A DNA stretch of 63,853 bases, counting the filler. It is 8 parts of 8 records of this genome, joined end to end, with 100 filler letters (N's around TTAATTAATTAA, not from the genome) between each part and the next. Parts side by side here need not be neighbours in the genome. Positions count along the whole stretch, not along the records: positions 6,138 to 16,409 come from SRR31156797_12101; positions 16,510 to 24,838 come from SRR31156797_12104; 6 more parts are not named here. One strand, written 5' to 3'. Shown here one piece after another: positions 7,080-16,975 of this stretch. Under the pieces are notes generated by a model that made no database searches, had not been told where the DNA came from, and saw only the letters and a list, made by a program, of their open reading frames with translations. Every line of letters starts with the position of its first letter. Within the stretch, counting starts at the first letter, position 1. The position numbers were made by a program, and so were the translations under genes.

Positions 7080-9971
7080 TTATTCCGGAGCCGGGCCGGT
7101 ATCCAGCATCTCACGCCCCGGCCGGTCGGGAATATGGACCACCTCCCTGGGCTTGGATCCGTTTTGCGGCCCCACGATTCCCTGAATCTCCATCTCTTCC
7201 ACCAGACGGGCCGCCCGGTTGTAGCCTATCTGAAGACGGCGCTGCAGATAGGAGGCGGAAGCCTTGCCCGCCGAGAGGACAATATCCAGGGCCTTCTCGT
7301 AGAGGGGATCGGAGTAGGAACTCTCTCCTCCACCGCTTCCGGATTCAAAATCATCCTCATCCAGGAAGATCTCATCATCAATGTATTCGGGCTCTCCCAG
7401 TGTTTTCACATAGGAGACAACCCGCTCCACCTCATCCTCCGAAAGGAAGGCGCCCTGCATCCTGGTGGGGAAGGGATCCCACGCGGAGGTGAAGAGCATG
7501 TCTCCCTTGCCCTGAAGGGATTCGGCGCCCATCATATCGATGATGATGCGGGAGTCGGTCTTACTGGCAACCATAAAGGCGATGCGGGAGGGGAAGTTGG
7601 CCTTGATCAGACCGGTGATCACATCGATGGAGGGCCTCTGGGTGGCCAGTACGAGATGGATGCCCACAGCGCGGCTCATGGCGGCCAGGCGGGCGACGAT
7701 CCCCTCCAGCTCCTTCCCAGAGGTGGCCATCAGGTCGGCGAACTCATCTATGACCACGACGATATAGGGAAGCCTGCTGGTAGCGATCTCCCTCTCTTTG
7801 ATCCTCTTGTTGTAGCTCTTGATATCCCTTACCCCCATGGCGTCCAACAGAGAGTAGCGCCGCTCCATCTCATAAAGGGCCCACTGCACGGCCTGAAAGG
7901 CCTTCTTGGGCTCGGTGATCACCGGGGTCAGCAGATGGGGGATGTCGTTGTAGAGCTTCAGCTCCACGATCTTGGGATCCACCATGATCAGCTTCACATC
8001 CCGGGGGCTCCTCTTGTAGAGGATGGAACAGATCAGGGAGTTGACGCAGACCGACTTACCCGATCCTGTGGAACCGGCGATCAGGAGATGGGGTGTCCGG
8101 GCCAGGTCGATCACCTGATTCCCCCCGCTGATATCCTTTCCCAGGATCACGGGGATCTCGTAGTCGCTTCCATCGAACTCGCCCGAGGAGACAAGATCGC
8201 TGTAGGAGACAATGGAACGCTTCCTGTTGGGGACCTCGATTCCGATAGCCTGTTTTCCGGGAATGGGCGCCACGATACGGATACGCGAAGCCGCCAGCCT
8301 GAGGGCCAGATTGTCCTGAAGATTGACAATGCGGGAAACCTTCACACCCGGAGAGGGCTGGATCTCGAACATGGTGATTACCGGCCCCCTGCGTATCCCC
8401 GTCACGGTGGCCTCGATCTTAAACTCCTTGAGAGTCTCCTCCAGAGCCCTGGCCTGGCGCTGGGTGTAATCGTCCTCGTCCGAACTCTCCTCCGCGGGAT
8501 ACTCCTTCAGGAGGCCGGCCACAGGAACGCTGTAGGGCTGGTTCTTGCGCTTATGCCGGGGTTTGAGGGCGCTGCTGTCCACCCCCATCTTCTCTGTCTC
8601 CCCTTCCGGAGAGAGCTTGTCCGAAACGCTTACGCTCTCCTCCCCATCCTCTGGGGACGCAGCGCTACGGATCTCGGGAAGGGGATCGTCTTCATAGCGT
8701 TCGCAGGGAGCCTCCCCAACAGCTATCTCCTCTACGGGCACACCCTCGGGGGAATTCACAGCCCCTGACGCGGACTCAGTCCCGGATCTCTGCCCGGAGG
8801 ATGACGTTCTGAAGGCGTCGAGATCGTCCATCCTGTCGGCCATATATCCCTGTGCCTCATAGAAATCATCCTCGGCGGAATCCGGCTCAGGAACGGGTTC
8901 TTCGCTTATCATCTCGACAGCCGCGTTTTCCTCTTCAGGATCTCCCATAAGGAATCCGATGCCCGGATCCTCTCCCTCCGGCTGAAGCATGCCTTCGGGA
9001 GAGTCGTTTAGCGGATCATCGGCCGCATCCCCCGGAAAACCGGACTCGCCGGGAATGAACGTCCCCTCCGGATCGGGTTCCGCCTCAGGTTCCTGGTAAA
9101 CAGAATCCACAAGCTCGTCTATCCCCATGGTCTTGTCCGGATTGAAGCGATTCGCATCGGGAGAGACGATATCCCCCCCGGCGACGGACGAAGGATGGGA
9201 GGAGTCGCCCTCCGGCGGGTTTTCCGGCTCTTCTTCCGCTGTCCGGTCGGCGCTGTCGGGTTCAAAGCGCACAGGCTTCGCCTTCTCAGGCCTGAGAACG
9301 GAGGCTATCAGAGACTGGATCTCGCTGTCGTCCGAGGCCTCTACGGGAGGGATGGGCTCAGGCATATCGGGAATGGGAAAGGAGGGGGAATCGGAATCCT
9401 CCTCTTCGAAGATTTCCCGGCGAAAGGGATCCCGGAAGCCCTTCCGCTCCTCTTCAGCCGTGTCCGGCGCCCTGCGAAACGTTCCGGAAAGATCGGAAAG
9501 GGCTGATTTCAGCCCCGAAAGCTCAGGCATCCAAGGCTCTGAGGCGAAGAGGTAGTTACAGAGTTTATAGATAAGGGCGCACTCCACCAGAATAAGAAGA
9601 AGGAGAAAAGGAAGGGAGACCCAGATCCCCAGTTCGCTTATCAGATAACGGGAGATGAAGATATCCTTATTCCCCGTCAGCACATGGAGGATCAGAGCCA
9701 GGGTGACAAAAGGCAGAAGCGAAAGATTCAATGCCAGAAGCAGTTTGCCCGACTTTCCCTCCAGGAGCAGGATCATGGAACAGATTCCCAGATAAAAGGG
9801 GATATAGAAGGAAGCCAGATGAAAGGTTCTGAACAGAAAACCGGGAAGCCCCCCGGAAACACCGAAGGCTCCTAATAAGGAAAAGAGAAAAAGCAGAACC
9901 CCACAGCCTGCCAGTGTGATAGCCAGTATCCGGGAAAATTTACTCAATGATTGACTCCTAGTACCATTCAT
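7080..9971 (-). CDS. ftsK: DNA translocase FtsK/SpoIIIE
   Basis: N-terminal TM helices, acidic linker, PHLLIAGSTGSGKS, IDEFADLM, gamma domain QRRLQIGYNRAARL. Confidence 0.97.
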   Translation of the reverse strand: MNGTRSQSLSKFSRILAITLAGCGVLLFLFSLLGAFGVSGGLPGFLFRTFHLASFYIPFYLGICSMILLLEGKSGKLLLALNLSLLPFVTLALILHVLTGNKDIFISRYLISELGIWVSLPFLLLLILVECALIYKLCNYLFASEPWMPELSGLKSALSDLSGTFRRAPDTAEEERKGFRDPFRREIFEEEDSDSPSFPIPDMPEPIPPVEASDDSEIQSLIASVLRPEKAKPVRFEPDSADRTAEEEPENPPEGDSSHPSSVAGGDIVSPDANRFNPDKTMGIDELVDSVYQEPEAEPDPEGTFIPGESGFPGDAADDPLNDSPEGMLQPEGEDPGIGFLMGDPEEENAAVEMISEEPVPEPDSAEDDFYEAQGYMADRMDDLDAFRTSSSGQRSGTESASGAVNSPEGVPVEEIAVGEAPCERYEDDPLPEIRSAASPEDGEESVSVSDKLSPEGETEKMGVDSSALKPRHKRKNQPYSVPVAGLLKEYPAEESSDEDDYTQRQARALEETLKEFKIEATVTGIRRGPVITMFEIQPSPGVKVSRIVNLQDNLALRLAASRIRIVAPIPGKQAIGIEVPNRKRSIVSYSDLVSSGEFDGSDYEIPVILGKDISGGNQVIDLARTPHLLIAGSTGSGKSVCVNSLICSILYKRSPRDVKLIMVDPKIVELKLYNDIPHLLTPVITEPKKAFQAVQWALYEMERRYSLLDAMGVRDIKSYNKRIKEREIATSRLPYIVVVIDEFADLMATSGKELEGIVARLAAMSRAVGIHLVLATQRPSIDVITGLIKANFPSRIAFMVASKTDSRIIIDMMGAESLQGKGDMLFTSAWDPFPTRMQGAFLSEDEVERVVSYVKTLGEPEYIDDEIFLDEDDFESGSGGGESSYSDPLYEKALDIVLSAGKASASYLQRRLQIGYNRAARLVEEMEIQGIVGPQNGSKPREVVHIPDRPGREMLDTGPAPE

Positions 9972-10080
9972 TATCGGCTTTTATCCGCCCCCCCTGTAGG
10001 GGATAGCTACCGATCCGAGGCGGCCGGGAGTCTGCGGGGCTTCGTCGGTTCAGCTCCGGAACGCAAAGCCCGACAGGCTC

Positions 10081-10875
10081 CTAGAAAAAGATCATCCCCA
10101 GAATCCCCAGGGGAACAAGGTAGAAGCTGAACAGATAGAATTTACCGCTGTTTATCAGTTTTACCAGGATCCACAAGGCCAGGAATCCTGAAATCAGGGT
10201 GGTCAGGAAGGCGATGGAGAGGACGGGCATGGAGATGGAAGTCATCAATTCGCCGGCATCCTTGAGATCAAGAAGGAGGGCGCCCACGATGGCGGGGATG
10301 GAGATGATGAAAGAGTACTCCGCAGCCACTTCACGGTTCATCTTCCTGTAAAGGCCGGTGGAGATGGTGATGCCCGAACGGGAGATACCGGGGAGGACTC
10401 CGATACCCTGGGCCACTCCGGTTATAACGCCGTCCATGATGCTCAGGTCTCTGTACTTCCGGCCGCCGGGCGCTTTGCGGGTGAACCAGAGCAGAACGGC
10501 GGTAACAAGGTAGAGGGGGAAGACGATCTTCGGGGTGCTGGAGACGTCCAGCCCCTTGATCACGACACCCAGGATTCCGGTGAGAAACGTGGCGACCAGG
10601 ATGATCCCGATCAGCTTCATATTCCTCTGGTCCCCGTCAACAGTCTTCCGCGCGATCCAGCGGAACAGGGAAACCAGCAGTTCGATGACCTTCTGACGGA
10701 ACATAACCAAAACCACCAGAAGCGTAGCCACATGGAGCAGTATATCGAAGAGAAGGGGAATGTCCCCCAGCCCCATAAGATGACGCATCATCAAGAGATG
10801 GCCTGAGCTGGATACGGGTAGGAATTCGGTGAGGCCCTGAATGAGCCCCAGAATGATGCCTTGCAAATATGTCAC
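10081..10875 (-). CDS. uppP: Undecaprenyl-diphosphate phosphatase
   Basis: QGLTEFLPVSSSGH and PGISRSG motifs. Confidence 0.96.
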   Translation of the reverse strand: MTYLQGIILGLIQGLTEFLPVSSSGHLLMMRHLMGLGDIPLLFDILLHVATLLVVLVMFRQKVIELLVSLFRWIARKTVDGDQRNMKLIGIILVATFLTGILGVVIKGLDVSSTPKIVFPLYLVTAVLLWFTRKAPGGRKYRDLSIMDGVITGVAQGIGVLPGISRSGITISTGLYRKMNREVAAEYSFIISIPAIVGALLLDLKDAGELMTSISMPVLSIAFLTTLISGFLALWILVKLINSGKFYLFSFYLVPLGILGMIFF

Positions 10876-10896
10876 ATTAACCTGCCTTGGAAATAT

Positions 10897-12672
10897 TTAT
10901 TGCCCCCGGAAGGGGCGATAGAACTGATCAAGCCACTCGCCGGGAGGGCTTCCCGTCTCAAGATACCTGTATGATGCCGCCGCGACAATCACCTTGCGTA
11001 TATAATCGCGCGTTTCCCTGAAGGGGATGCTCTGGATAAAGAGTTCCGGATCCTCTCCCGGCAGGGTTCTCTTCCAGATTCGGAGATTCCCTCCCCCTCC
11101 GTTATAGGCGGCCAGCACATCGATAAACGATGAGGACCAGGGCCGTTCCTTCAACCACTCCAGATAGAGGCTTCCCAGAAGGATATTATCATCCGGATTC
11201 CGGAGGTCCCACTCTTTTATCCTGTGCCGCCGGGCCACATCCTCCGCCGTCGAGGGCATGAGCTGCATCAGCCCGACGGCCCCGGCATGGGAAGAGATGG
11301 AGGCGTCGAAGGCGCTCTCTCTCCGGATAACCCCCAGAACCAGCTCAGAGGGTAGATCGGCTTCGGGCAGGGTATAGCGCCCGGCCCCCGGAAAAACCCG
11401 GGACATCAGAGCCACGACCTCATCCGAGGGATAGCGATAATACCAGTAACCGGCGAAGGTGATCAGATCGTATAGCCTGTCCTCCCCCTCCAGCCAGGAG
11501 CTGAACTCCTCTATCCGGGCCATGGAAAGGCCGTCCCGCCTCTCCTCCCAGAGGGCATAGGCCTCTTCGGTATATCCGGCAGCCGTGAGAATCCCATAGA
11601 ACTCATCACTCTCCGGATGGTTTTCGGCCGCTGACGGTTTTTCCTCGATCCGCGGCCAGAGGGAGGGATAGCTCCGCAGGGAGTAGTAGGTTCTGGGATC
11701 GGGACTGAAGTCTTCAAAGCTGCGGAAGAGGGCCTCGTCCGCCTTATAGACCTCCCCGGGAACGCGCATCAGAAGGAACATCCCCTGGGCCGCAGCCTCC
11801 TCCAGCCCGGCCTTCTGCAGAGCGGGGATCAGCATAGCCATATCGGACCAGCGGCGCCCCCGGACGAGGACGCTGAAATAGTCGTCGAATATATCATCAA
11901 AATAGCCGTCGCCGTTTCCGGGCTTCCCCGCCCTCTCCAGCCGGGGGATCAGCTGGGAGGGGTACTCCCGGATCACAAGACGAAGAGCGTACCAGAGGTA
12001 GCGCCGCCGGGCCTCTTCGGCGGGGGCCAGGCGTTCCGCCTTCTCATACCAGGCCAGCGCCTCGGCATGCCGGTCCTCCTGTTCCAGGCACCAGGCCATA
12101 AAGAAGGCCTCTTCGGCTCCCGGCGTTTCGGATCCCTGGGAACCCAGAAGGGAGATCCACTCCCCTGTCCTGCGGCTGCGGGCCACGGCCCTGCGGAGGC
12201 TGTAGGTATAGAGCTGTTCCCCCGAGAGCTCGTCCCGGCGACGCAGCCAGAACTCCCTGTACAGGGCCTCCGCCCCATTGTAATCCCCGCGACGGACAGC
12301 CTCGTCAGCTGCCTCGGCCAGGGGGTGCTCTCCCGCATCGGAGACGGAAGAAGGGCTGCCACCCTTCCCGTCGGCGCCGGAAACGTAGCCCTCCCACTCC
12401 AGCAGATAGCGGACGGCCTGCCTGCGGTAGGGAGTCCAGGCCTCCTCATACTCCCGAATGTCCCTCTCCCTGAGTCCCCGGTAAAAGCTGACTCTCTCGG
12501 GAGTCGCCTCCTCGCCGGCGAACAGGGCTGAGTAGAATTGATCCATCTCCCGGGTCATCTTTACGTACCGGGAACTGGAACAGCCGTGAAAGAGAAGAAC
12601 CGCCAGAAGGGGCAGGATAACAATAAGAGTGATATAAAAGGATTTACGCTTTGATTGCTCAGGAATATTCAT
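10897..12672 (-). CDS. Soluble lytic transglycosylase (SLT) with TPR-like N-terminus
   Basis: RRESAF..GAVGLMQLMP..AAYNGG..ETRDY. Confidence 0.9.
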   Translation of the reverse strand: MNIPEQSKRKSFYITLIVILPLLAVLLFHGCSSSRYVKMTREMDQFYSALFAGEEATPERVSFYRGLRERDIREYEEAWTPYRRQAVRYLLEWEGYVSGADGKGGSPSSVSDAGEHPLAEAADEAVRRGDYNGAEALYREFWLRRRDELSGEQLYTYSLRRAVARSRRTGEWISLLGSQGSETPGAEEAFFMAWCLEQEDRHAEALAWYEKAERLAPAEEARRRYLWYALRLVIREYPSQLIPRLERAGKPGNGDGYFDDIFDDYFSVLVRGRRWSDMAMLIPALQKAGLEEAAAQGMFLLMRVPGEVYKADEALFRSFEDFSPDPRTYYSLRSYPSLWPRIEEKPSAAENHPESDEFYGILTAAGYTEEAYALWEERRDGLSMARIEEFSSWLEGEDRLYDLITFAGYWYYRYPSDEVVALMSRVFPGAGRYTLPEADLPSELVLGVIRRESAFDASISSHAGAVGLMQLMPSTAEDVARRHRIKEWDLRNPDDNILLGSLYLEWLKERPWSSSFIDVLAAYNGGGGNLRIWKRTLPGEDPELFIQSIPFRETRDYIRKVIVAAASYRYLETGSPPGEWLDQFYRPFRGQ

Positions 12673-12749
12673 TAGGCCTCGACGGCTGGAATTATATCCC
12701 GTCGCAGGATTATAAGCCAATACCGTAGAGGCCGGGAAGAAGAAATCCC

Positions 12750-13592
12750 TCAGGCGGCGCGGGACGCGCGGGGACGCCTTCTCCTTTCCAGGGTGCCCAC
12801 GACCTTCGAGAGCTCCTGAAGCTTGTAGAAGTTCAGATTGGTATACTGGAAGCTGCGGAGGAGCTGGGGACCGGCCTCTTCGAGACAGGCCACGCCGCCC
12901 TCCTCGCCCAGTCCGGTAACCGTAAGGCTCACCGCATCGGCACCGCCGCGTATGGACCTGATCGTGTTCTCAAGCCCCTGGCCGCAGGCGTTGTGGCCGT
13001 GGAACTCGAGGCTCGCATTGGTTCTTGTCTTGACCGTTTCAAAGAAGCGCTGCACATCCTCCGGCAGGACCCTGTTCCGGCTGTCCGCCAGGCGGATTCT
13101 GTGGGCCCCGTAATGGGTGGCCCGGGAGATAAAGCGGTTCAGACGGACGAGGTCGGCGCTAAAGGGATTGGAGACCCCCACGCTCACATAGTCGAAGTGG
13201 GCGAAACAGGTTCTGACCATGGTCTTCATCTCCAGCATGGACTGCTCGAACTGAGTTCCCGAGGGATGGGGAGATACGGTCTCTTCGGGAAAGCAGATAT
13301 GAATGCTCTTCACGGAGCAGCGCTTCGCCAGCTCTATGGATTCCATGGAGGCCTTTACCCAGCAGGTGATCAGGGTATGGGGATTCTCAATCTTCATCTG
13401 ACGGATGGCCCTGCACTCACGGGCTCCCAGAGCGGGCATCCCGGCCTCGATCTCATCCACGCCCGCAAGGGCGAGAAGGCGGGCGATCTTCAGCTTGTCG
13501 GCTTCGGAGTACTCCTTTCCCTTCATCATGCATCTTTCTCTTAACGTGGAGTCCACAATCCACAGGGGTGTTGTTCTGCCGCTTAGTGCCAT
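12750..13592 (-). CDS. Homocitrate synthase/isopropylmalate synthase-like (DRE-TIM) protein with degenerate active-site motifs
   Basis: DSTLR, GVDEIEAG, RIRLADS, FHGHN, GLGE; RBS AGGAGG. Confidence 0.8.
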   Translation of the reverse strand: MALSGRTTPLWIVDSTLRERCMMKGKEYSEADKLKIARLLALAGVDEIEAGMPALGARECRAIRQMKIENPHTLITCWVKASMESIELAKRCSVKSIHICFPEETVSPHPSGTQFEQSMLEMKTMVRTCFAHFDYVSVGVSNPFSADLVRLNRFISRATHYGAHRIRLADSRNRVLPEDVQRFFETVKTRTNASLEFHGHNACGQGLENTIRSIRGGADAVSLTVTGLGEEGGVACLEEAGPQLLRSFQYTNLNFYKLQELSKVVGTLERRRRPRASRAA

Positions 13593-13648
13593 AATAAATC
13601 CTCCTGAACGAAACCGCATATCAAGATGCGGGGCTTTCCTAGTTCTTT

Positions 13649-13664
13649 TGCAATAGCTATGCCA
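13649..13664 (-). promoter_or_regulatory. Sigma54 (-24/-12) promoter TGGCATAGCTATTGCA
   Basis: GG-N10-GC consensus 57 nt upstream of ATG 13592. Confidence 0.75.
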
Positions 13665-13897
13665 TTTGCTGATTTAGAAATTCATGAGAGCACAGTTATT
13701 TTTATGATAAGAAATTAGCTGAAAGGCCGGGCTATGCCCTCCCCAAACCCGAGAAAGCAATATTCCGACATTTTCGTCTCTATTGGAGCCAAAAACCACA
13801 AATCCGTATCTTTCAAAAAAAAATGAGAGCAGAGAGCTGTGAGTTGACAGGGAGTGTCGCTGAGGCTAAATTCGAATTCTAGTTGAGGAGAAAAACA

Positions 13898-15841
13898 TTG
13901 AAAGACTTTGGCATAGCCCGGGTTTGCGCCGCCGTACCGGCCGTCAAACCGGCCGCAGTAGACGGCAACCTTGAACAAATCGTCTCTCTGCTGCGTGAGG
14001 CGGCATCACAGCGCCCCGACCTGGCGGTCCTTCCGGAGCTCTCCCTGAGCGGTTACAGCTGCGGCGACCTCTTCAGGCAGTCGACCCTGCTGGAGAAGAG
14101 CAGAGAGGCTCTCATCTCCCTGGCCGAGGAGACGAGCTCTCTCGGCTTCCCCGTCATTGCGGGACTGCCGGTCAGGCTCAACAGCGGCCTCTACAACTGC
14201 GCCGCCGTTCTTTTTAACGGAGCGATCCTGGGCATCATCCCCAAGACCTATCTTCCCAACAGCAACGAGTTCTACGAGCAGCGCTGGTTCAGTTCCGGAC
14301 GCTTCTGCAGCGAGAGGTCGATCATCCTGAGGGGAGGGGCCATTCCCTTCGGAACGGATCTCGTCTTCCAGGACGAAAACAATCCCCTCATGCGTTTCGC
14401 CGTCGAGATATGCGAGGACCTCTGGTCACCGCTCCCCCCCAGCACCGAACTCTCCCTGGCAGGCGCCCTGATCATAGCCAATCCCTCGGCCAGCAACGAG
14501 CTGGTCGGAAAAGCCGATTACCGCCGCCAGCTGATCGCCCAGCAGTCGGCACGCTGTATCCACAGCTACGTCTACGCCTCCGCCGGTCCCGGCGAGTCCA
14601 CGACCGATACGGTCTACGGCGGGCATGCCCTTGTCGCCGAATACGGCAGGATCCTGGGGGAAGGAGAGCGCTTCAACAGATCGAACAGCTTCGTCTGCTG
14701 CGATACGGACCTTGAGTTCCTGGAGCATCAGAGGATCAATTCGTCCACCTACGTCCAGGCCAGGGAGATGGAGAGCCCTGCGGCCCGGATCATCCCCTAC
14801 GACGGCGCATCTCCCGTCCGCGAGGAGAAGCTGCTGCGCTTTACCGATCCCCACCCCTTCGTCCCCTCCTCCGAGGACGACAGGACCCGACGCTGCCGGG
14901 AGATCTTCTCCATCCAGAGCGCCGGTCTGGCCGCCAGGCTCAGATATATCGGCTGCAGGAACGCTGTCCTCGGGCTCTCGGGAGGACTGGACTCCACACT
15001 GGCCCTTCTGGTCGCCCAGGAAGCCTTCAAACGGGCGGAACTCCCCCTGGAGGGGCTTCACTGCTATACCATGCCCGGCTTCGGCACCACAAAGCGGACG
15101 AGGAGCAACGCCGAGCTGCTCTGCGAGGAGCTGAACATCCCCATAGAGGTAATCGATATCAGGAAGGTCTGCACCCTGCAGCTGGAGGAGCTGGAGCACA
15201 GCGGCGCGCCCTCTGACACGGCCTACGAAAACGTCCAGGCCAGGCAGCGGACCGCATACCTTATGAACAAGGCCAATATGCTGGGAGGCATCGTCATCGG
15301 AACGGGAGACCTCTCCGAGCTGGCCCTGGGATGGTGCACCTACAACGGCGACCATATGTCCATGTACGCCGTCAACACGGGCGTTCCCAAAACCCTGGTG
15401 CGCTATCTGGTTCAGTATGTGGCCGATCATCAGGACAATAAGAAGGCGGCGGAGATTCTTTACGACATCATCGACACCCCCATCTCTCCCGAGCTTCTGC
15501 CACCCGACAAACAGGGTGACATAGCCCAGAAGACCGAGGATGTGATCGGTCCCTACGAACTCCACGACTTCTTCCTCTACCAGATCGTCCGCTGCGGCTT
15601 CGGACCCGCCAAGACCCTTGCCCTGGCCCGTCAGGCCTTCGCAGGCAGCTATGACGACGGGACTCTGCGCAAATGGCTGAAGAAGTTTATCTGGCGTTTC
15701 TGGACCCAGCAGTTCAAGCGCTCCTGCCTGCCCGACGGGCCCAAGGTGGGAACCATCGCCCTCTCCCCCAGGGGAGACTGGCGCATGCCCAGCGACAGCG
15801 ATCCGTCGATATGGCTGAAAGAACTGGACGAGACAGAATAA
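13898..15841 (+). CDS. nadE: Glutamine-dependent NAD+ synthetase
   Basis: Nitrilase-like domain (PEL, EICEDLW) plus SGGLDST synthetase domain; TTG start after GAGGAG. Confidence 0.96.
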   Translation: MKDFGIARVCAAVPAVKPAAVDGNLEQIVSLLREAASQRPDLAVLPELSLSGYSCGDLFRQSTLLEKSREALISLAEETSSLGFPVIAGLPVRLNSGLYNCAAVLFNGAILGIIPKTYLPNSNEFYEQRWFSSGRFCSERSIILRGGAIPFGTDLVFQDENNPLMRFAVEICEDLWSPLPPSTELSLAGALIIANPSASNELVGKADYRRQLIAQQSARCIHSYVYASAGPGESTTDTVYGGHALVAEYGRILGEGERFNRSNSFVCCDTDLEFLEHQRINSSTYVQAREMESPAARIIPYDGASPVREEKLLRFTDPHPFVPSSEDDRTRRCREIFSIQSAGLAARLRYIGCRNAVLGLSGGLDSTLALLVAQEAFKRAELPLEGLHCYTMPGFGTTKRTRSNAELLCEELNIPIEVIDIRKVCTLQLEELEHSGAPSDTAYENVQARQRTAYLMNKANMLGGIVIGTGDLSELALGWCTYNGDHMSMYAVNTGVPKTLVRYLVQYVADHQDNKKAAEILYDIIDTPISPELLPPDKQGDIAQKTEDVIGPYELHDFFLYQIVRCGFGPAKTLALARQAFAGSYDDGTLRKWLKKFIWRFWTQQFKRSCLPDGPKVGTIALSPRGDWRMPSDSDPSIWLKELDETE

Positions 15842-15906
15842 TTTTCGGATTTTTGTATTAGACTGATTCATAGACCGCCGGCTGACGGCGATCCAGGGAG
15901 GAAGGA

Positions 15907-16409
15907 ATGAAAGCGGATATCGGACTGATCGGTCTGGCGGTAATGGGCCAGAACCTGGTACTCAACATGAACGACCACGGTTTTACGGTGGCCGTCTACA
16001 ACCGTACGGAACAGGTGACGAAGGATTTCCTGTCGGGCAATGCGGCCGGACGGGATACGATCATCGGCTTTTCAAACATCGAAGAATTCGTCTCCTCCCT
16101 GAAAAGGCCCCGCAGGATCATGATCATGGTCAAAGCCGGAGCGGTGGTGGACAGGGTCATAGAGCAGATAACACCCTATCTCGAAGAGGGGGATATCGTC
16201 ATCGACGGAGGCAACTCCCACTACCCCGACTCCACCCGCCGCATGAAGGAGCTTAGGGAGAAGGGCCTTCTCTTTATGGGCTGCGGCGTTTCGGGCGGAG
16301 AAGAGGGCGCCCGGCGCGGCCCCTCCCTGATGCCCGGCGGCAATCCCGAGGCCTGGCCCCATGTGAAGGATATCCTTCAGTCCATCTCCGCCAAGGCCGA
16401 CGGCGATCC
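15907..16409 (+). CDS. gnd: 6-phosphogluconate dehydrogenase (3' truncated)
   Basis: IGLIGLAVMGQNL, IDGGNSHY, GVSGGEEGA. Confidence 0.96.
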
Positions 16410-16509
16410 NNNNNNNNNNNNNNNNNNNNNNNNNNNNNNNNNNNNNNNNNNNNTTAATTAATTAANNNNNNNNNNNNNNNNNNNNNNNNNNNNNNNNNNN
16501 NNNNNNNNN

Positions 16510-16710
16510 GGGCTGGAGCAGGTCCCAAGGGTTTGGCTGCTCGGCAATGCGGTGGTACGTGAGCAGGGTTACCCGATTTTATGTTTTGGCGTCGTGAGAC
16601 AGTTTGTGTCCCTGTCTTTCGTGGGCGCAGGCCAAAATATATAATCGGGCGAGGAGATCTGTTCCTAGTAGGAGAGGACTGGAATGGATCAATCAATGTT
16701 TCCAGTTGTT
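16510..16710 (+). ncRNA. Divergent 23S rRNA-derived segment (about E. coli 2525-2700: H91, A-loop H92, H93, sarcin-ricin loop) with two complementary insertions; 5' end lost at contig edge
   Basis: Colinear GGGCTGGAGCAGGTCCCAAGGGTTTGGCTG..GGTACGTGAGC.GGGTT..CGTCGTGAGACAGTT..GTGGGCGCAGG..GAGGAGATCTGTTCCTAGTA.GAGAGGAC.GGAATGGA; similarity stops at about 16710; no 23S 3' end or 5S follows. Confidence 0.8.
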
Positions 16711-16975
16711 CCTCTATCGTTCTTTTAATAAATTCCTTTTCGGGCTGGTTTTATTGTCATAAACGCGGATCTTACCGAACAAGCTCAGTATCTAGATCTA
16801 TTGTCGGCTCCTCAAACCATTATCTTTCCAGTGTTACACAGATTTGATGATTTCTACCATCGGGTTTCTTTATATTTTAGGCCACAATTTTTTTTCTTTC
16901 TTTTCATTTCCTTTTGTTATACTCCAACCTTAGTCAAATTCTTAAAATTAAAGCAAATCTGATTGGATCATCAAG

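Noticed and set aside
7134-8768. Long antisense ORFs (544 aa here; also 14426-15871, 29362-30453, 56419-57438)
   Set aside because: Opposite-strand shadows of ftsK, nadE, the cysteine synthase-CysRS fusion and nagZ in GC-rich DNA
16510-16710. Functional 23S rRNA gene
   Set aside because: Invariant A-loop, PTC and SRL positions are changed, two insertions are present, and no 3' end of 23S or 5S follows
16454-16847. ORF-track ORFs 16454-16696 and 16581-16847
   Set aside because: Shadow frames over the rRNA-derived sequence; no RBS or protein motifs
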